This document shows positions 17,044 through 25,774 of a DNA stretch of 64,000 bases, piece after piece; within the stretch, counting starts at the first letter, position 1; every line of letters starts with the position of its first letter. Origin of the DNA: Polyangiales bacterium (GTDB lineage Bacteria > Myxococcota_A > Polyangia > Polyangiales > Polyangiaceae); contig JBBRNJ010000005.1 of assembly GCA_038230375.1 (NCBI GenBank), forward strand, positions 64,001 through 128,000, given 5' to 3'. The notes under the pieces are model-generated. The model was not told the origin of the DNA, ran no database searches, and was given only the letters and a program-made list of their open reading frames with translations. A program made the position numbers and the translations under genes.

Positions 17044-18168
17044 CTAGGCCTGGAACATCTTCGCGACTTGCTCGTTCAGCGCGACTTCCGTCACGCCCTT
17101 TGCTGCCGCGAGCTCCTTCATGAGCAGGCTCTTTGCTTGATCGAGGAGGCGCCGCTCACCGAAGGACAGGTCCTTGTCGAACTTGAGCCGGTACATGTCG
17201 CGAAGCACCTTCGCCACTTCGTGCGGGGAGCCGCTCTTGATCATCTCCGTGTAGGCACGGAAGCGACGGCTCCACGGCTGCAGGTCAACGGCGACCTCGC
17301 GCGCGCGCATGGTGTCGAGCACGCCATCGGCCTCTTTCGGGCTCATGACGCTGCGCAGACCAGACGGCGATGACACGGGGACCATCACGCGCATGCCGTT
17401 GTCCAGGATGCGAAGGACGTAGAACTCGCCCTTCATGCCGCCGAGCTCGCGCTCCTCAACGGCGATGACCTCGCCGAGGCCATGCTTCGGGTGCACTGCC
17501 TTGTCGCCCATCTTGAGCTTCAGCGGCTTCGTCTGCACCGGCATGATCGGCGCGGTGACTGCGAACGGCGAGAGCCGCGGCGGACGGTTCGGCTGCGGAG
17601 GCGGAGCGGAGTTCGGCTTGCCGTTCGGGCCGGTCGCATTGTTCGCACGCGCGACCTGGATGGGTGCCGGAGGCGGCATCATCGAAGCGGGCCGCGGACC
17701 GACCATCGTCGAGGGCCCGGGTCGGGAGATCGCGGACGGAGGGGGTGACTTCACCAGCGTGGGCCCGGTGGAGATCACGGGCTGGTGCATCTTGCGCGGC
17801 GGCGGCGGCTTCTCCGCCTTCTTCTTGCCCTTCGGCTTGGGCACGAGGACGGGGGAGCTATGCGTGGCGGTCGACTTCACGCCCGCGGACTTTGCGGCAG
17901 CCGGCAGCTCGACCGCCTTGGCGGTGGCCGACTTGGCGGCTGCGGCGGCCTTGGATTCGACGGGCTTCGGCGTGGGTTTGGCAGGCTTGGGGGACTGTTT
18001 CACTTCTGGTTTCGAACCTTTGGCCTTGTTATTCGAGATGGCCCCCGCCTTCGATTCACTCTTCGCGCCCGATTTCGTCGCCTTGGGGTCGACCTTCGCC
18101 GTCTTGGACCCGCTCTTGGAGGCGACCGTCTTGCTCTTGTCGCCCTTTTGCACGGCCTTGCCCTTCAC
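17044..18168 (-). CDS. carD: CarD/CdnL-family transcription regulator with long Lys/Ala/Pro-rich N-terminal extension
   Basis: GDKAVHPKHGLGEV, MRVMVPV, WSRRFR, LSFGERRLLDQAK; the true start may be ATG 18295 via a frameshift (see findings). Confidence 0.88.
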   Translation of the reverse strand: MKGKAVQKGDKSKTVASKSGSKTAKVDPKATKSGAKSESKAGAISNNKAKGSKPEVKQSPKPAKPTPKPVESKAAAAAKSATAKAVELPAAAKSAGVKSTATHSSPVLVPKPKGKKKAEKPPPPRKMHQPVISTGPTLVKSPPPSAISRPGPSTMVGPRPASMMPPPAPIQVARANNATGPNGKPNSAPPPQPNRPPRLSPFAVTAPIMPVQTKPLKLKMGDKAVHPKHGLGEVIAVEERELGGMKGEFYVLRILDNGMRVMVPVSSPSGLRSVMSPKEADGVLDTMRAREVAVDLQPWSRRFRAYTEMIKSGSPHEVAKVLRDMYRLKFDKDLSFGERRLLDQAKSLLMKELAAAKGVTEVALNEQVAKMFQA

Positions 18169-18385
18169 GATTTTTTTCAGAATTTACTTTGGATGTCGAC
18201 GACTTACGAACACCCGCTGCGGCCTTCTGGCTTGCGGCCGGGCTCTTCTTGGCAGAGGGGTGGCGTGCGGCGGGACGTGCGTTGGGGGGCGCCATGTGCA
18301 GGGGGCCGCGTAGCATTTTTCGGGGGTCGTCGTCAATGGGTGACCCCTGAAGGCAGCAGCGCGATTGGGCGGTTGGAGGCCCTGC

Positions 18386-19426
18386 CTAACGCATAATTTC
18401 CGAGATGTGAGCGTCAAGAGCCGTGTGGATGCCGGCCCCGAGTTTCTCGACCTGGAACGCCGCTCCCCAGGTCAGGGCATCGGCTGCCGCAGAGACGGTC
18501 GGCGGCTCCACGGGTGCGTCCAGCCCGAGCAGGCGTCCGAGGGCGTTCTGGCAGATGACATTGGTCGCGGCGGACAGGCGCTCCGCCGCGGCCGGTGCAT
18601 CGTTGCCGAATGCTCCAAGGAGCACGAGGCGCACGCGCAAGGTCTTCCCGGCGAGCGCGACGGAGAGTCCCGCGCCAGTGCACGCACCCAGCAGGCCGCC
18701 CAGCGCGCCCTTCCACTCGCCCTCGAACGGCCCAGGGGCGAGCGCGAGCAGCTCCCCGGGCGGAAGCCGGCGCTCGGCAAGCCCGACCAGCGGCTCCTGA
18801 GCGATGGCAGGCCTGGAGCGCTTCAGCTTCCCTTCGGAGAAGGCCTCGAACGCGCGGAGCGGACCGAAGCGCCCGGCCTCGAGGGCGACAGCCTCGCGCC
18901 CGAACGTGGCGAGCTGCACACGCGTGTCACCGACGTTGCCGAACGCGCGGACGATCGGCGGGTGCGCCAGGTCCACGGCGCGCCCCTCGATCTCGCCACG
19001 GCGCTGCAGCGCTGCCTCGATACGCGCTGGGTCGAACACGCCGCGCGCCGCATACAGCGTTGCGTCGCCATAGTCGGCAACCACGAGCTCCTTCAGCTGT
19101 CGGAGATCGACGCCGCCATGCGCCGCCGCGAACGCGCTGAGACGCGCCTCCGGGAAGATCTCCGCCAGCACGCCCGCGAGCTGCGGCGCCGCGGCGATCT
19201 CTCGAAGCTTCGCCCGGATCACCCAGCGCAGCCCCGAGCCGGAGACACATGCGAGCAGATCGCGATTCGTCACCAGGTCCTGATCGGGCTGCGCGGGCTG
19301 CGGCTTTGGCGCGGACGCACAGCCGTCCAGTCCGCTCAGCGCAAGCGCCCCGCCCAGCGCGGACGACAAGAGCGCCGACAGCACGCGCCTTCGCGAGACG
19401 CCGCTCTCGTTGTCCGCCTCCGTCAC
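18386..19426 (-). CDS. hypothetical Tat-type lipoprotein
   Basis: SRRRVL twin-arginine motif, hydrophobic stretch, LDGC lipobox; start overlaps tyrS stop. Confidence 0.7.
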   Translation of the reverse strand: MTEADNESGVSRRRVLSALLSSALGGALALSGLDGCASAPKPQPAQPDQDLVTNRDLLACVSGSGLRWVIRAKLREIAAAPQLAGVLAEIFPEARLSAFAAAHGGVDLRQLKELVVADYGDATLYAARGVFDPARIEAALQRRGEIEGRAVDLAHPPIVRAFGNVGDTRVQLATFGREAVALEAGRFGPLRAFEAFSEGKLKRSRPAIAQEPLVGLAERRLPPGELLALAPGPFEGEWKGALGGLLGACTGAGLSVALAGKTLRVRLVLLGAFGNDAPAAAERLSAATNVICQNALGRLLGLDAPVEPPTVSAAADALTWGAAFQVEKLGAGIHTALDAHISEIMR

Positions 19427-20673
19427 GGCTTGATGGTGACGTACGCGAACTTGCGGTTCTTGGAGCCCACGCGCAGCAGGTAGCGCTTGCCACGCTCGAG
19501 CCCGAGCTTGGCATCCGTGACGCGGACCTGGTCCACCTCCACGCCGCCTTGCTCCACCATGCGCTTGCCGTCACTCGTGGAGCTCACCAGTTTGGCCTCC
19601 GAGAGCGCCTTCGCGATCCACAGCGTGGGGCCCTCGCACGCGAGCGTGTGCTCAGCCACGTCTTCCGGGATCGCGTCGCCGCTGTAGACGCGCGCGAACT
19701 CCGCGGCGGCCTCCGTGGCCTTCGCCTCGTCGTGGAAGCGCGTGATGATCTCCTTCGCGAAGAGCGCCTTGATCACCATGGGACTCTTGCCTGTCGTGCG
19801 TTCTTCCTTGAGCGCTGCGATCTCGGCGTTCGTCTTGGCCGAGAGCAGCTCGAAGTAACGGAAGATGACGTCGTCGTCGATCTGCATCACCTTGCGATGC
19901 ATCGACAGCGGCTCCTCCATGAGGCCGATGTAGTTGTCCGCGCTCTTGCTCATCTTCTTGCCGGTGACCTTGCCGTTCACGAGCTTCGCGTCCGTGCCTT
20001 CGAGGATGGGCGTGGTCATCACCATCTGCGGACGCAGGCCGTACTTCGGCATGAGGTCGCGACCCACGAGCAGGTTGAACAGCTGGTCGGTGCCGCCGAG
20101 CTCGATGTCGCAGTCGAGCGCGACGGAGTCGTAGCCCTGGAGCAGCGGGTACAGGAACTCGTGCTGGTAGATCGGCTTCTCGTCCGCGAAGCGCTGACCG
20201 AAGTCGTTGCGCTCCAGCATGCGCGAGACGGTCATCTTCGCCATGAGCTCCACCATCTCACCCGGAGTCAGCTTGTCGATCCACTCCGCGTTGCTCCGTA
20301 GCTCGGTGCGCGCGGGGTCCAGGATCTTGAAGGCTTGCTCGGTGTAGGTCTTGGCGGCGGCGCGCACGTCGTCGCGAGAGAGGCGCGGCCGCAGATCGTT
20401 CTGGCCGGTAGGATCGCCCACCATGGCGGTGAACTCGCCCACGAGCAGGATCGCAGTGTGGCCCAGGTCCTGGAACTGGCGCATCTTCTGGAGCAGCACC
20501 GCGTGTCCCAGGTGCAGGTCGGGCCGCGTGGGATCGAAGCCCGCCTTCACGCGCAGCGGCTTGCCCGAAGCGTGTGATTCACGCAGACGGGCTTCGAGCT
20601 CGGCGCGGACCACGAGGTCCACGACGCCACGGGTGACGGTCGCCATCTGTTCGTCGACGGGTGCGAAGCTCAT
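19423..20673 (-). CDS. tyrS: tyrosine--tRNA ligase
   Basis: GFDPTRPDLHLGH, YPLLQGYDSV, GGTDQLFN, KMSKS, C-terminal S4 domain. Confidence 0.97.
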   Translation of the reverse strand: MSFAPVDEQMATVTRGVVDLVVRAELEARLRESHASGKPLRVKAGFDPTRPDLHLGHAVLLQKMRQFQDLGHTAILLVGEFTAMVGDPTGQNDLRPRLSRDDVRAAAKTYTEQAFKILDPARTELRSNAEWIDKLTPGEMVELMAKMTVSRMLERNDFGQRFADEKPIYQHEFLYPLLQGYDSVALDCDIELGGTDQLFNLLVGRDLMPKYGLRPQMVMTTPILEGTDAKLVNGKVTGKKMSKSADNYIGLMEEPLSMHRKVMQIDDDVIFRYFELLSAKTNAEIAALKEERTTGKSPMVIKALFAKEIITRFHDEAKATEAAAEFARVYSGDAIPEDVAEHTLACEGPTLWIAKALSEAKLVSSTSDGKRMVEQGGVEVDQVRVTDAKLGLERGKRYLLRVGSKNRKFAYVTIKP

Positions 20674-20708
20674 CGGGCACGCTTCTTACTAGAAGCGGGA
20701 CGATTTCA

Positions 20709-21029
20709 TCAATCGTCGTCGCCGTCGTCACCGCCGGTGATGGCCAGGTGGCGGCTGTTGTTCACGAGCTCCTTCAGATCCTTGCCGACCTTGAAGAAGG
20801 GGAGACGCTTCGGCGGAACCGGGACGGGCGCGCCCGTGCGCGGGTTGCGCCCGGAGTAGGCCTTGTAGGGACGAACGGTGAAGGAGCCGAAGCCTCGAAT
20901 CTCGATGCCTTCGCCCTGCTGCAGCGCCTCGGTCATCGCCTCGAAAACGCAGTTCACGACGAGCTCGGCGCGGGCCTTCGTGAGCTTGCCCCGTTCCGCC
21001 ATCGCGTCGATGAGTTCACTCTTCGTCAT
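20709..21029 (-). CDS. integration host factor beta / HU-family DNA-binding protein
   Basis: MTKSELI, IEIRGFGSF, GRNPRTG, PFFKVGKDLK; SD GGGAG. Confidence 0.95.
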   Translation of the reverse strand: MTKSELIDAMAERGKLTKARAELVVNCVFEAMTEALQQGEGIEIRGFGSFTVRPYKAYSGRNPRTGAPVPVPPKRLPFFKVGKDLKELVNNSRHLAITGGDDGDDD

Positions 21030-21153
21030 GCTGTTCTCCCGCCTTCCCAGCAAAAACACGCGCGCGCAGCGCTTTCAATCTTCCACTACATCGAATTTGC
21101 CCTGGAACGTCAACCTCTTCCGCAGGGCCTGTCGCAGGTGGTGTCCAGCTGTG

Positions 21154-23352
21154 TCACGGCCGAAGAGTCAGCGCATCCAGGTCCATGGTGAGGTGCGGGG
21201 CTGAGCGCGCTCGGTCGTGCGGCGCGTCCTGGGGCGGTGGCCTTGTCACGGTCACCTCCACATGGGCCTCCCGACCGTGAGTTGTGCGTGGCCACGGCCT
21301 GAGAACGACCTGCGCGGGTGGCAGATCCACGCACGTTCCTTCAGGCGGATCGGGGGCGCTGAGGGAGACCGGCCCTTGCTCCGTAGGCACCTGCACCGTC
21401 ATCCTGGCACCCGTGCCGCTCCCGCGGATGCGGACCGACAGCCAGAGCGGCCCCGACACGGGAACAGGCAGCGCGATCTTCACACCCGACACTCCGACCT
21501 CGCCCGCCGTGATCCGGAGCACGCGCCCGTTCGATGCGCACCCACCCGACGCCCACGCCGGAAGCGCGTAGGCGTCTTCCACGGGGCGGAGCGCCTGGGA
21601 CAGTGCAGGCCACTCGTTCTCCGACTCGAACCGGTAGCCCGCAGCCCCGTCGGCGCGTGGTGGAGGCACGTTGAAGGGCGTCAGTCGTGGCGCTGCGCCC
21701 GACTCTCCGCGCTCGTATCGAAACGTGGGGGGTGAGCCGAGCGCGTCGTAGAGCAGGCGATCGGACGCGTCACCACGGAGGCGCGCGACGACGACGCCGG
21801 TCTTCGCGCCATGCGCGTCCGCGTCGACCGCCGGATCGTGGCCCAGCAAGAAGCCGTGGTCCGTGTCCACCAGGACCAGGCCATGCGTGACGCCGGCGGC
21901 GACGAGCGCGTCCCGCTCGAACATGGGGCGCCCTCCTTCGCGGTCCGCGAGCAGCCGATGATCGTGGGATGCGTGAACGGCGAACCCCGCAAGGCCCACG
22001 CCCAACAATACCGTCGCGACACGCGTGTAAGATACACGCTTCAGGCGCTCCATGAGCGCGTGAGCGCCCAGCGCGAAGAGCACGTGCGACAGCGGCAGCA
22101 CGTCCGCGTAGAAGCGCGCGCCACCGCCGGGATAGTTGCCGTCGAAGTAGAACGGGGCGTAGGCCAGAACGAACAGGAAGAAGATGGCGACGCCGAGGCG
22201 CGACGCGGCCCGCGTGCGCGGCGTCCACACCAGCAAGACGAGCGCGAGCGGCTCCACGTTCTGCACGTCGGTCAGATGCGACCGAAGCCTCCGCAGGGTG
22301 ACACCCAGCGCCGAGACCAGGCCGTAGCCGCCTTCCAGCCGCGCGCGCACGAAGTCGCCGTGCTCGAACATGCACCCGACGTCTGCACCGAACCCGTAGC
22401 GGAAGCAGGTGGCAGGGCCGTCACTGCGTGCATAATACAACTGTTGGGCGGAGGCCCAGGGCGAGCCGGCGACTGCATCCTGCGAGGCAAGCAGCAGCGT
22501 GAGCCCGGGCAAGAGGCCCAGCGCGAAGTCGAACAGGGACGCGTGTCTCTTCGCGCGGAGAAGCAGGACGATCGTGACGAGCGCGATCGGCGGCGCAGAG
22601 GCAAGGCGCGTGGCGCCGAGCATGCCGATGCACAGGCCCGAGACCAGCGCGTGCGCGAGGAAGCCGGACGCGCCCGGTGACTCCTGGCAGCGTGCGGCCG
22701 TGAGCGCGAAGGACAGCGCGGTGGCGACCAGCAGCGCCGCGAGCCCGTGCGACATGGTGTCTGCCGTGTGGTACCGCATGGCCGCGCACAGCACCTGCGC
22801 GAGCGCCGCTACCCGCACGACCTGGCTCTTCGCCGCGGCGTCCAGGCTGGTGCGCTCGCACATCTCACGTGCGAGGCGCGCCGTCGCGAAGACCAGCGCG
22901 AACGCGAGCACCGGTCCCACGACCATGGGCGCGCCGAGCCGCACGCCGAGGGAGAGCACGACCGGATAGCCCGGAGGGAATAGCCCCGCGAGGGTCCCCT
23001 CCGTGTCGTCGTAGAGGAGGAACCGCCCGCGGAAGCTCTCGCTCGGGACGGGTATGTGCGACCCGAAGTGTCCGGAGGCGAGGGCGCGCGCCTGGTGCAG
23101 ATATGCAGTCGCGTCGATGATGCGCGGTCCGCCGCGCAGGTAGAACGCCACGTAGCCGAGAGACAGGAACGCTGCGACGAACGCGCATGCAGTCAGCCAC
23201 GCGCGCTCGCTCACGTTCGGCAGGAAGAGGAGCCGCTCTGCCTTCGCGCGCGCAAGCACCAGGGCGCCGAGCCCCGTCGCGAGCGCGGCCCATGCAACGG
23301 CATCCCCTGGCGCGCCCCAGTGGCCAAGCAGGTTGACCAGCCACGGCGTCAT
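21154..23352 (-). CDS. multi-pass GT-C fold glycosyltransferase (ArnT/PMT-like) with C-terminal soluble domain
   Basis: IIDATAYLHQA, FPPGYP after the first TM segments, many TM helices, GARFY; ATG overlaps upstream TGA. Confidence 0.65.
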   Translation of the reverse strand: MTPWLVNLLGHWGAPGDAVAWAALATGLGALVLARAKAERLLFLPNVSERAWLTACAFVAAFLSLGYVAFYLRGGPRIIDATAYLHQARALASGHFGSHIPVPSESFRGRFLLYDDTEGTLAGLFPPGYPVVLSLGVRLGAPMVVGPVLAFALVFATARLAREMCERTSLDAAAKSQVVRVAALAQVLCAAMRYHTADTMSHGLAALLVATALSFALTAARCQESPGASGFLAHALVSGLCIGMLGATRLASAPPIALVTIVLLLRAKRHASLFDFALGLLPGLTLLLASQDAVAGSPWASAQQLYYARSDGPATCFRYGFGADVGCMFEHGDFVRARLEGGYGLVSALGVTLRRLRSHLTDVQNVEPLALVLLVWTPRTRAASRLGVAIFFLFVLAYAPFYFDGNYPGGGARFYADVLPLSHVLFALGAHALMERLKRVSYTRVATVLLGVGLAGFAVHASHDHRLLADREGGRPMFERDALVAAGVTHGLVLVDTDHGFLLGHDPAVDADAHGAKTGVVVARLRGDASDRLLYDALGSPPTFRYERGESGAAPRLTPFNVPPPRADGAAGYRFESENEWPALSQALRPVEDAYALPAWASGGCASNGRVLRITAGEVGVSGVKIALPVPVSGPLWLSVRIRGSGTGARMTVQVPTEQGPVSLSAPDPPEGTCVDLPPAQVVLRPWPRTTHGREAHVEVTVTRPPPQDAPHDRARSAPHLTMDLDALTLRP

Positions 23353-25649
23353 TCCGTCAGCCACACGTGATAGTCGACGAAGTCCTCCGGGCCGTCGTTC
23401 TTCACCTCGAACGAGAGGTCTCCGGCGGTGATGAGCGACGGATCGATCAGGATGGGCACCTCGCGCCAGCCCTCGGTGTGCTCGAACGCGAGCGCGCCGA
23501 CCACCTGACCCGCGAGCAGCACGGTGATCTTTGATTTACCTTCTGGCGCCGTGCGAAATACGAGATGCGCGCGTTTGCCGGGGACCAGGTTGCGCAACGT
23601 GAAGCGCTCGCTGCGACCGCCCGCGAGCCTGCGGCCCGCGTCGAACATGTCAAGGTGCGGGTTCGCCGGGTCCGGAAGGATGTGCATGTCCGTCCACCCG
23701 CCAGCGGGATGCGGGAACTGGTAGCCGTGTGCCTTCTCGCTCACGAGGTCGGCGACGTCCACCTCGTCGATCACCTGCACGTCGTCGTCCGGCAGCGCGC
23801 GGATGTGATCACCCACGCCGAGCGCATGCCAGTCCGCGCGATAGGCGACGTGCTCGTAGCCGCCGCAGATGACGTTGCCCTCCACGGGGAAGCGCTCGAT
23901 CACGCCGCTCGAGAACCACGTGGGCAAGACGCCCCACCACGTGGGAAAGATCGCGAGGATGTCCGGTCGCTCCGCCGCAGGCATGCGCTCGATGAGCTCC
24001 AGCGTGGCCGGCAGTCCTTGCACTCCGGCGCGCGCGAACGGGAGCTCGTGGTACCCGCCAAGGCCGATGATGTCGAGGCCGGGCGCATCGGACGCGTAGA
24101 GGATGGCGCCAGCGTCACCCACGAGCACGCGGTGAGGGCTCTGCGTCTTGAGCCAGCGGCCCATCACCACGTGCTGATCGCGGATGTTCCGGCACGCGCG
24201 GCCGAAGAACCATCGCTGATCGCGCATCTTCGGGGCCTGGTGATCGTAGGCAACGAAGACGAGCGCCATGCAGGCGACTGCGCGCAGCGGGCGGATGAAG
24301 AAGAACGCCGCGCACGCGACGCCGACGAGCACCGCGAGCGCCCACGAGAACCGGAACTCGGGCGCAGTGTTCGCCTGGCGTGTAGCGATCCCGATCACCT
24401 GGAACGCGAGCGCGCCAACGACCGTGACCGCCGCGACGTTAGGGCGTCCTCGTAGTCCGCGCATGAGGCCGGATACACCGAGCGCGGCGCAGACCAGGAG
24501 CCACGCGACCGCGGGCATGGTGTAGCGCTCGTTCTGCCAGCGGACCTGACCATTGAACGCAACGAGCACGAGCCACATCCCGATCTGCGCCCACAGGATG
24601 AGCGCGTATCTGCGCGTCTCCGGCATGGCCACGGCGAGCAGCGCGAGCGCCGGGATGATGATGCCGTAGCCCGCCTTGTCGGCGAAGTGGTACTCGACGT
24701 TACGAAGGACGGCGTAGCGAAGGTTGAAGAGGTAGTCCGCGAGCTTCTCGTCTGGGGTCAGGAACGGGCTGTTCATGGCAAGCTTCACGATGGCGCCGTT
24801 CGCGCTGAACTCGCCCGTGAGCGCACGATTCAAGATCGCCTGCGCCACGACAATGCCTCCGCCCGGAAGACCGACGCGCACGAGCGAGAGCACCGCGGCG
24901 AGCCGCCCACGCGAGAAGAGACGGAGCGCGATGGCCAGCCCGAAGACGGCGATGGTGCCCGTGGCCTCCGGGCGCGTGACGATCATGAGTGCGCCCGTCA
25001 CGCCGAGCAACCAGCTGCCGCGCTTGATGCGTCGCGCATTCGCCGGACCGTTCTGCGCGACCAGGCGATCGAGGTCGAGCCACGCGGCGAGCGCCACCGC
25101 CCACGTCGCCACGAAGATCGCGACCTCCATCCCGCTCCAGAACGACCAGTTCAGCGCGCCCACGCCCAGCAAGAACGGCGCCGCGAGGTACGACGATGCG
25201 CGCGCCCAGGCGTCGTCCTTCGACCGCATCGTGAGGAAGAGCCGGCGCACTACCAGCAGCGTCCCGAACACGCACACCATCGCGAGCACCGCAGCCCAGA
25301 TCATGAGCCGTTGCTCGCGGAAGCCCACGAGCCACCCCAGCGCGAGCACGAACGGATAGAGGAGGCTCGTGTTGCCGGAGGAGTAGCCGTTGCCGACGAC
25401 CCACTCGAACGGGTGGCCGAGCGCGGTCGAGCGGGCGTAGTCGAAGTGGATGAAGACGTCGTCGAGGGGCGCGCTCCACTCGCCGCCCGTCTGCTTCAGC
25501 ATGTAGCCGTAGAACGCGCGCGCGCAGAGGATCGTCGAGAGCGCGGACCACAGCACGTAGGCGCCACGGTCGAGCCGCAAAAGAACGTGAGTCAACGGCG
25601 CGAGCCGGTTCGTCCACGCGATGATTCTCGGGCGACCCAGGAGGCTCAC
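23349..25649 (-). CDS. multi-pass GT-C fold glycosyltransferase-like membrane protein
   Basis: LDDVFIHFDYAR, GYSSGNTS, SGME, TRPE, ERY, GDAGAI; SD AAGGAG before GTG. Confidence 0.7.
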   Translation of the reverse strand: MSLLGRPRIIAWTNRLAPLTHVLLRLDRGAYVLWSALSTILCARAFYGYMLKQTGGEWSAPLDDVFIHFDYARSTALGHPFEWVVGNGYSSGNTSLLYPFVLALGWLVGFREQRLMIWAAVLAMVCVFGTLLVVRRLFLTMRSKDDAWARASSYLAAPFLLGVGALNWSFWSGMEVAIFVATWAVALAAWLDLDRLVAQNGPANARRIKRGSWLLGVTGALMIVTRPEATGTIAVFGLAIALRLFSRGRLAAVLSLVRVGLPGGGIVVAQAILNRALTGEFSANGAIVKLAMNSPFLTPDEKLADYLFNLRYAVLRNVEYHFADKAGYGIIIPALALLAVAMPETRRYALILWAQIGMWLVLVAFNGQVRWQNERYTMPAVAWLLVCAALGVSGLMRGLRGRPNVAAVTVVGALAFQVIGIATRQANTAPEFRFSWALAVLVGVACAAFFFIRPLRAVACMALVFVAYDHQAPKMRDQRWFFGRACRNIRDQHVVMGRWLKTQSPHRVLVGDAGAILYASDAPGLDIIGLGGYHELPFARAGVQGLPATLELIERMPAAERPDILAIFPTWWGVLPTWFSSGVIERFPVEGNVICGGYEHVAYRADWHALGVGDHIRALPDDDVQVIDEVDVADLVSEKAHGYQFPHPAGGWTDMHILPDPANPHLDMFDAGRRLAGGRSERFTLRNLVPGKRAHLVFRTAPEGKSKITVLLAGQVVGALAFEHTEGWREVPILIDPSLITAGDLSFEVKNDGPEDFVDYHVWLTE

Positions 25650-25774
25650 GGGCTCCTTAGTAGTACGGGGCCGACCCTGGAGGGAACCTGCACGCGGGCC
25701 CTTCGGCTGTGCTTGCTCACGCCTGGTTCTCCGGTTCTCTGACTCCGGTCCACATGCTAGGGTCGGCGCCGTCG

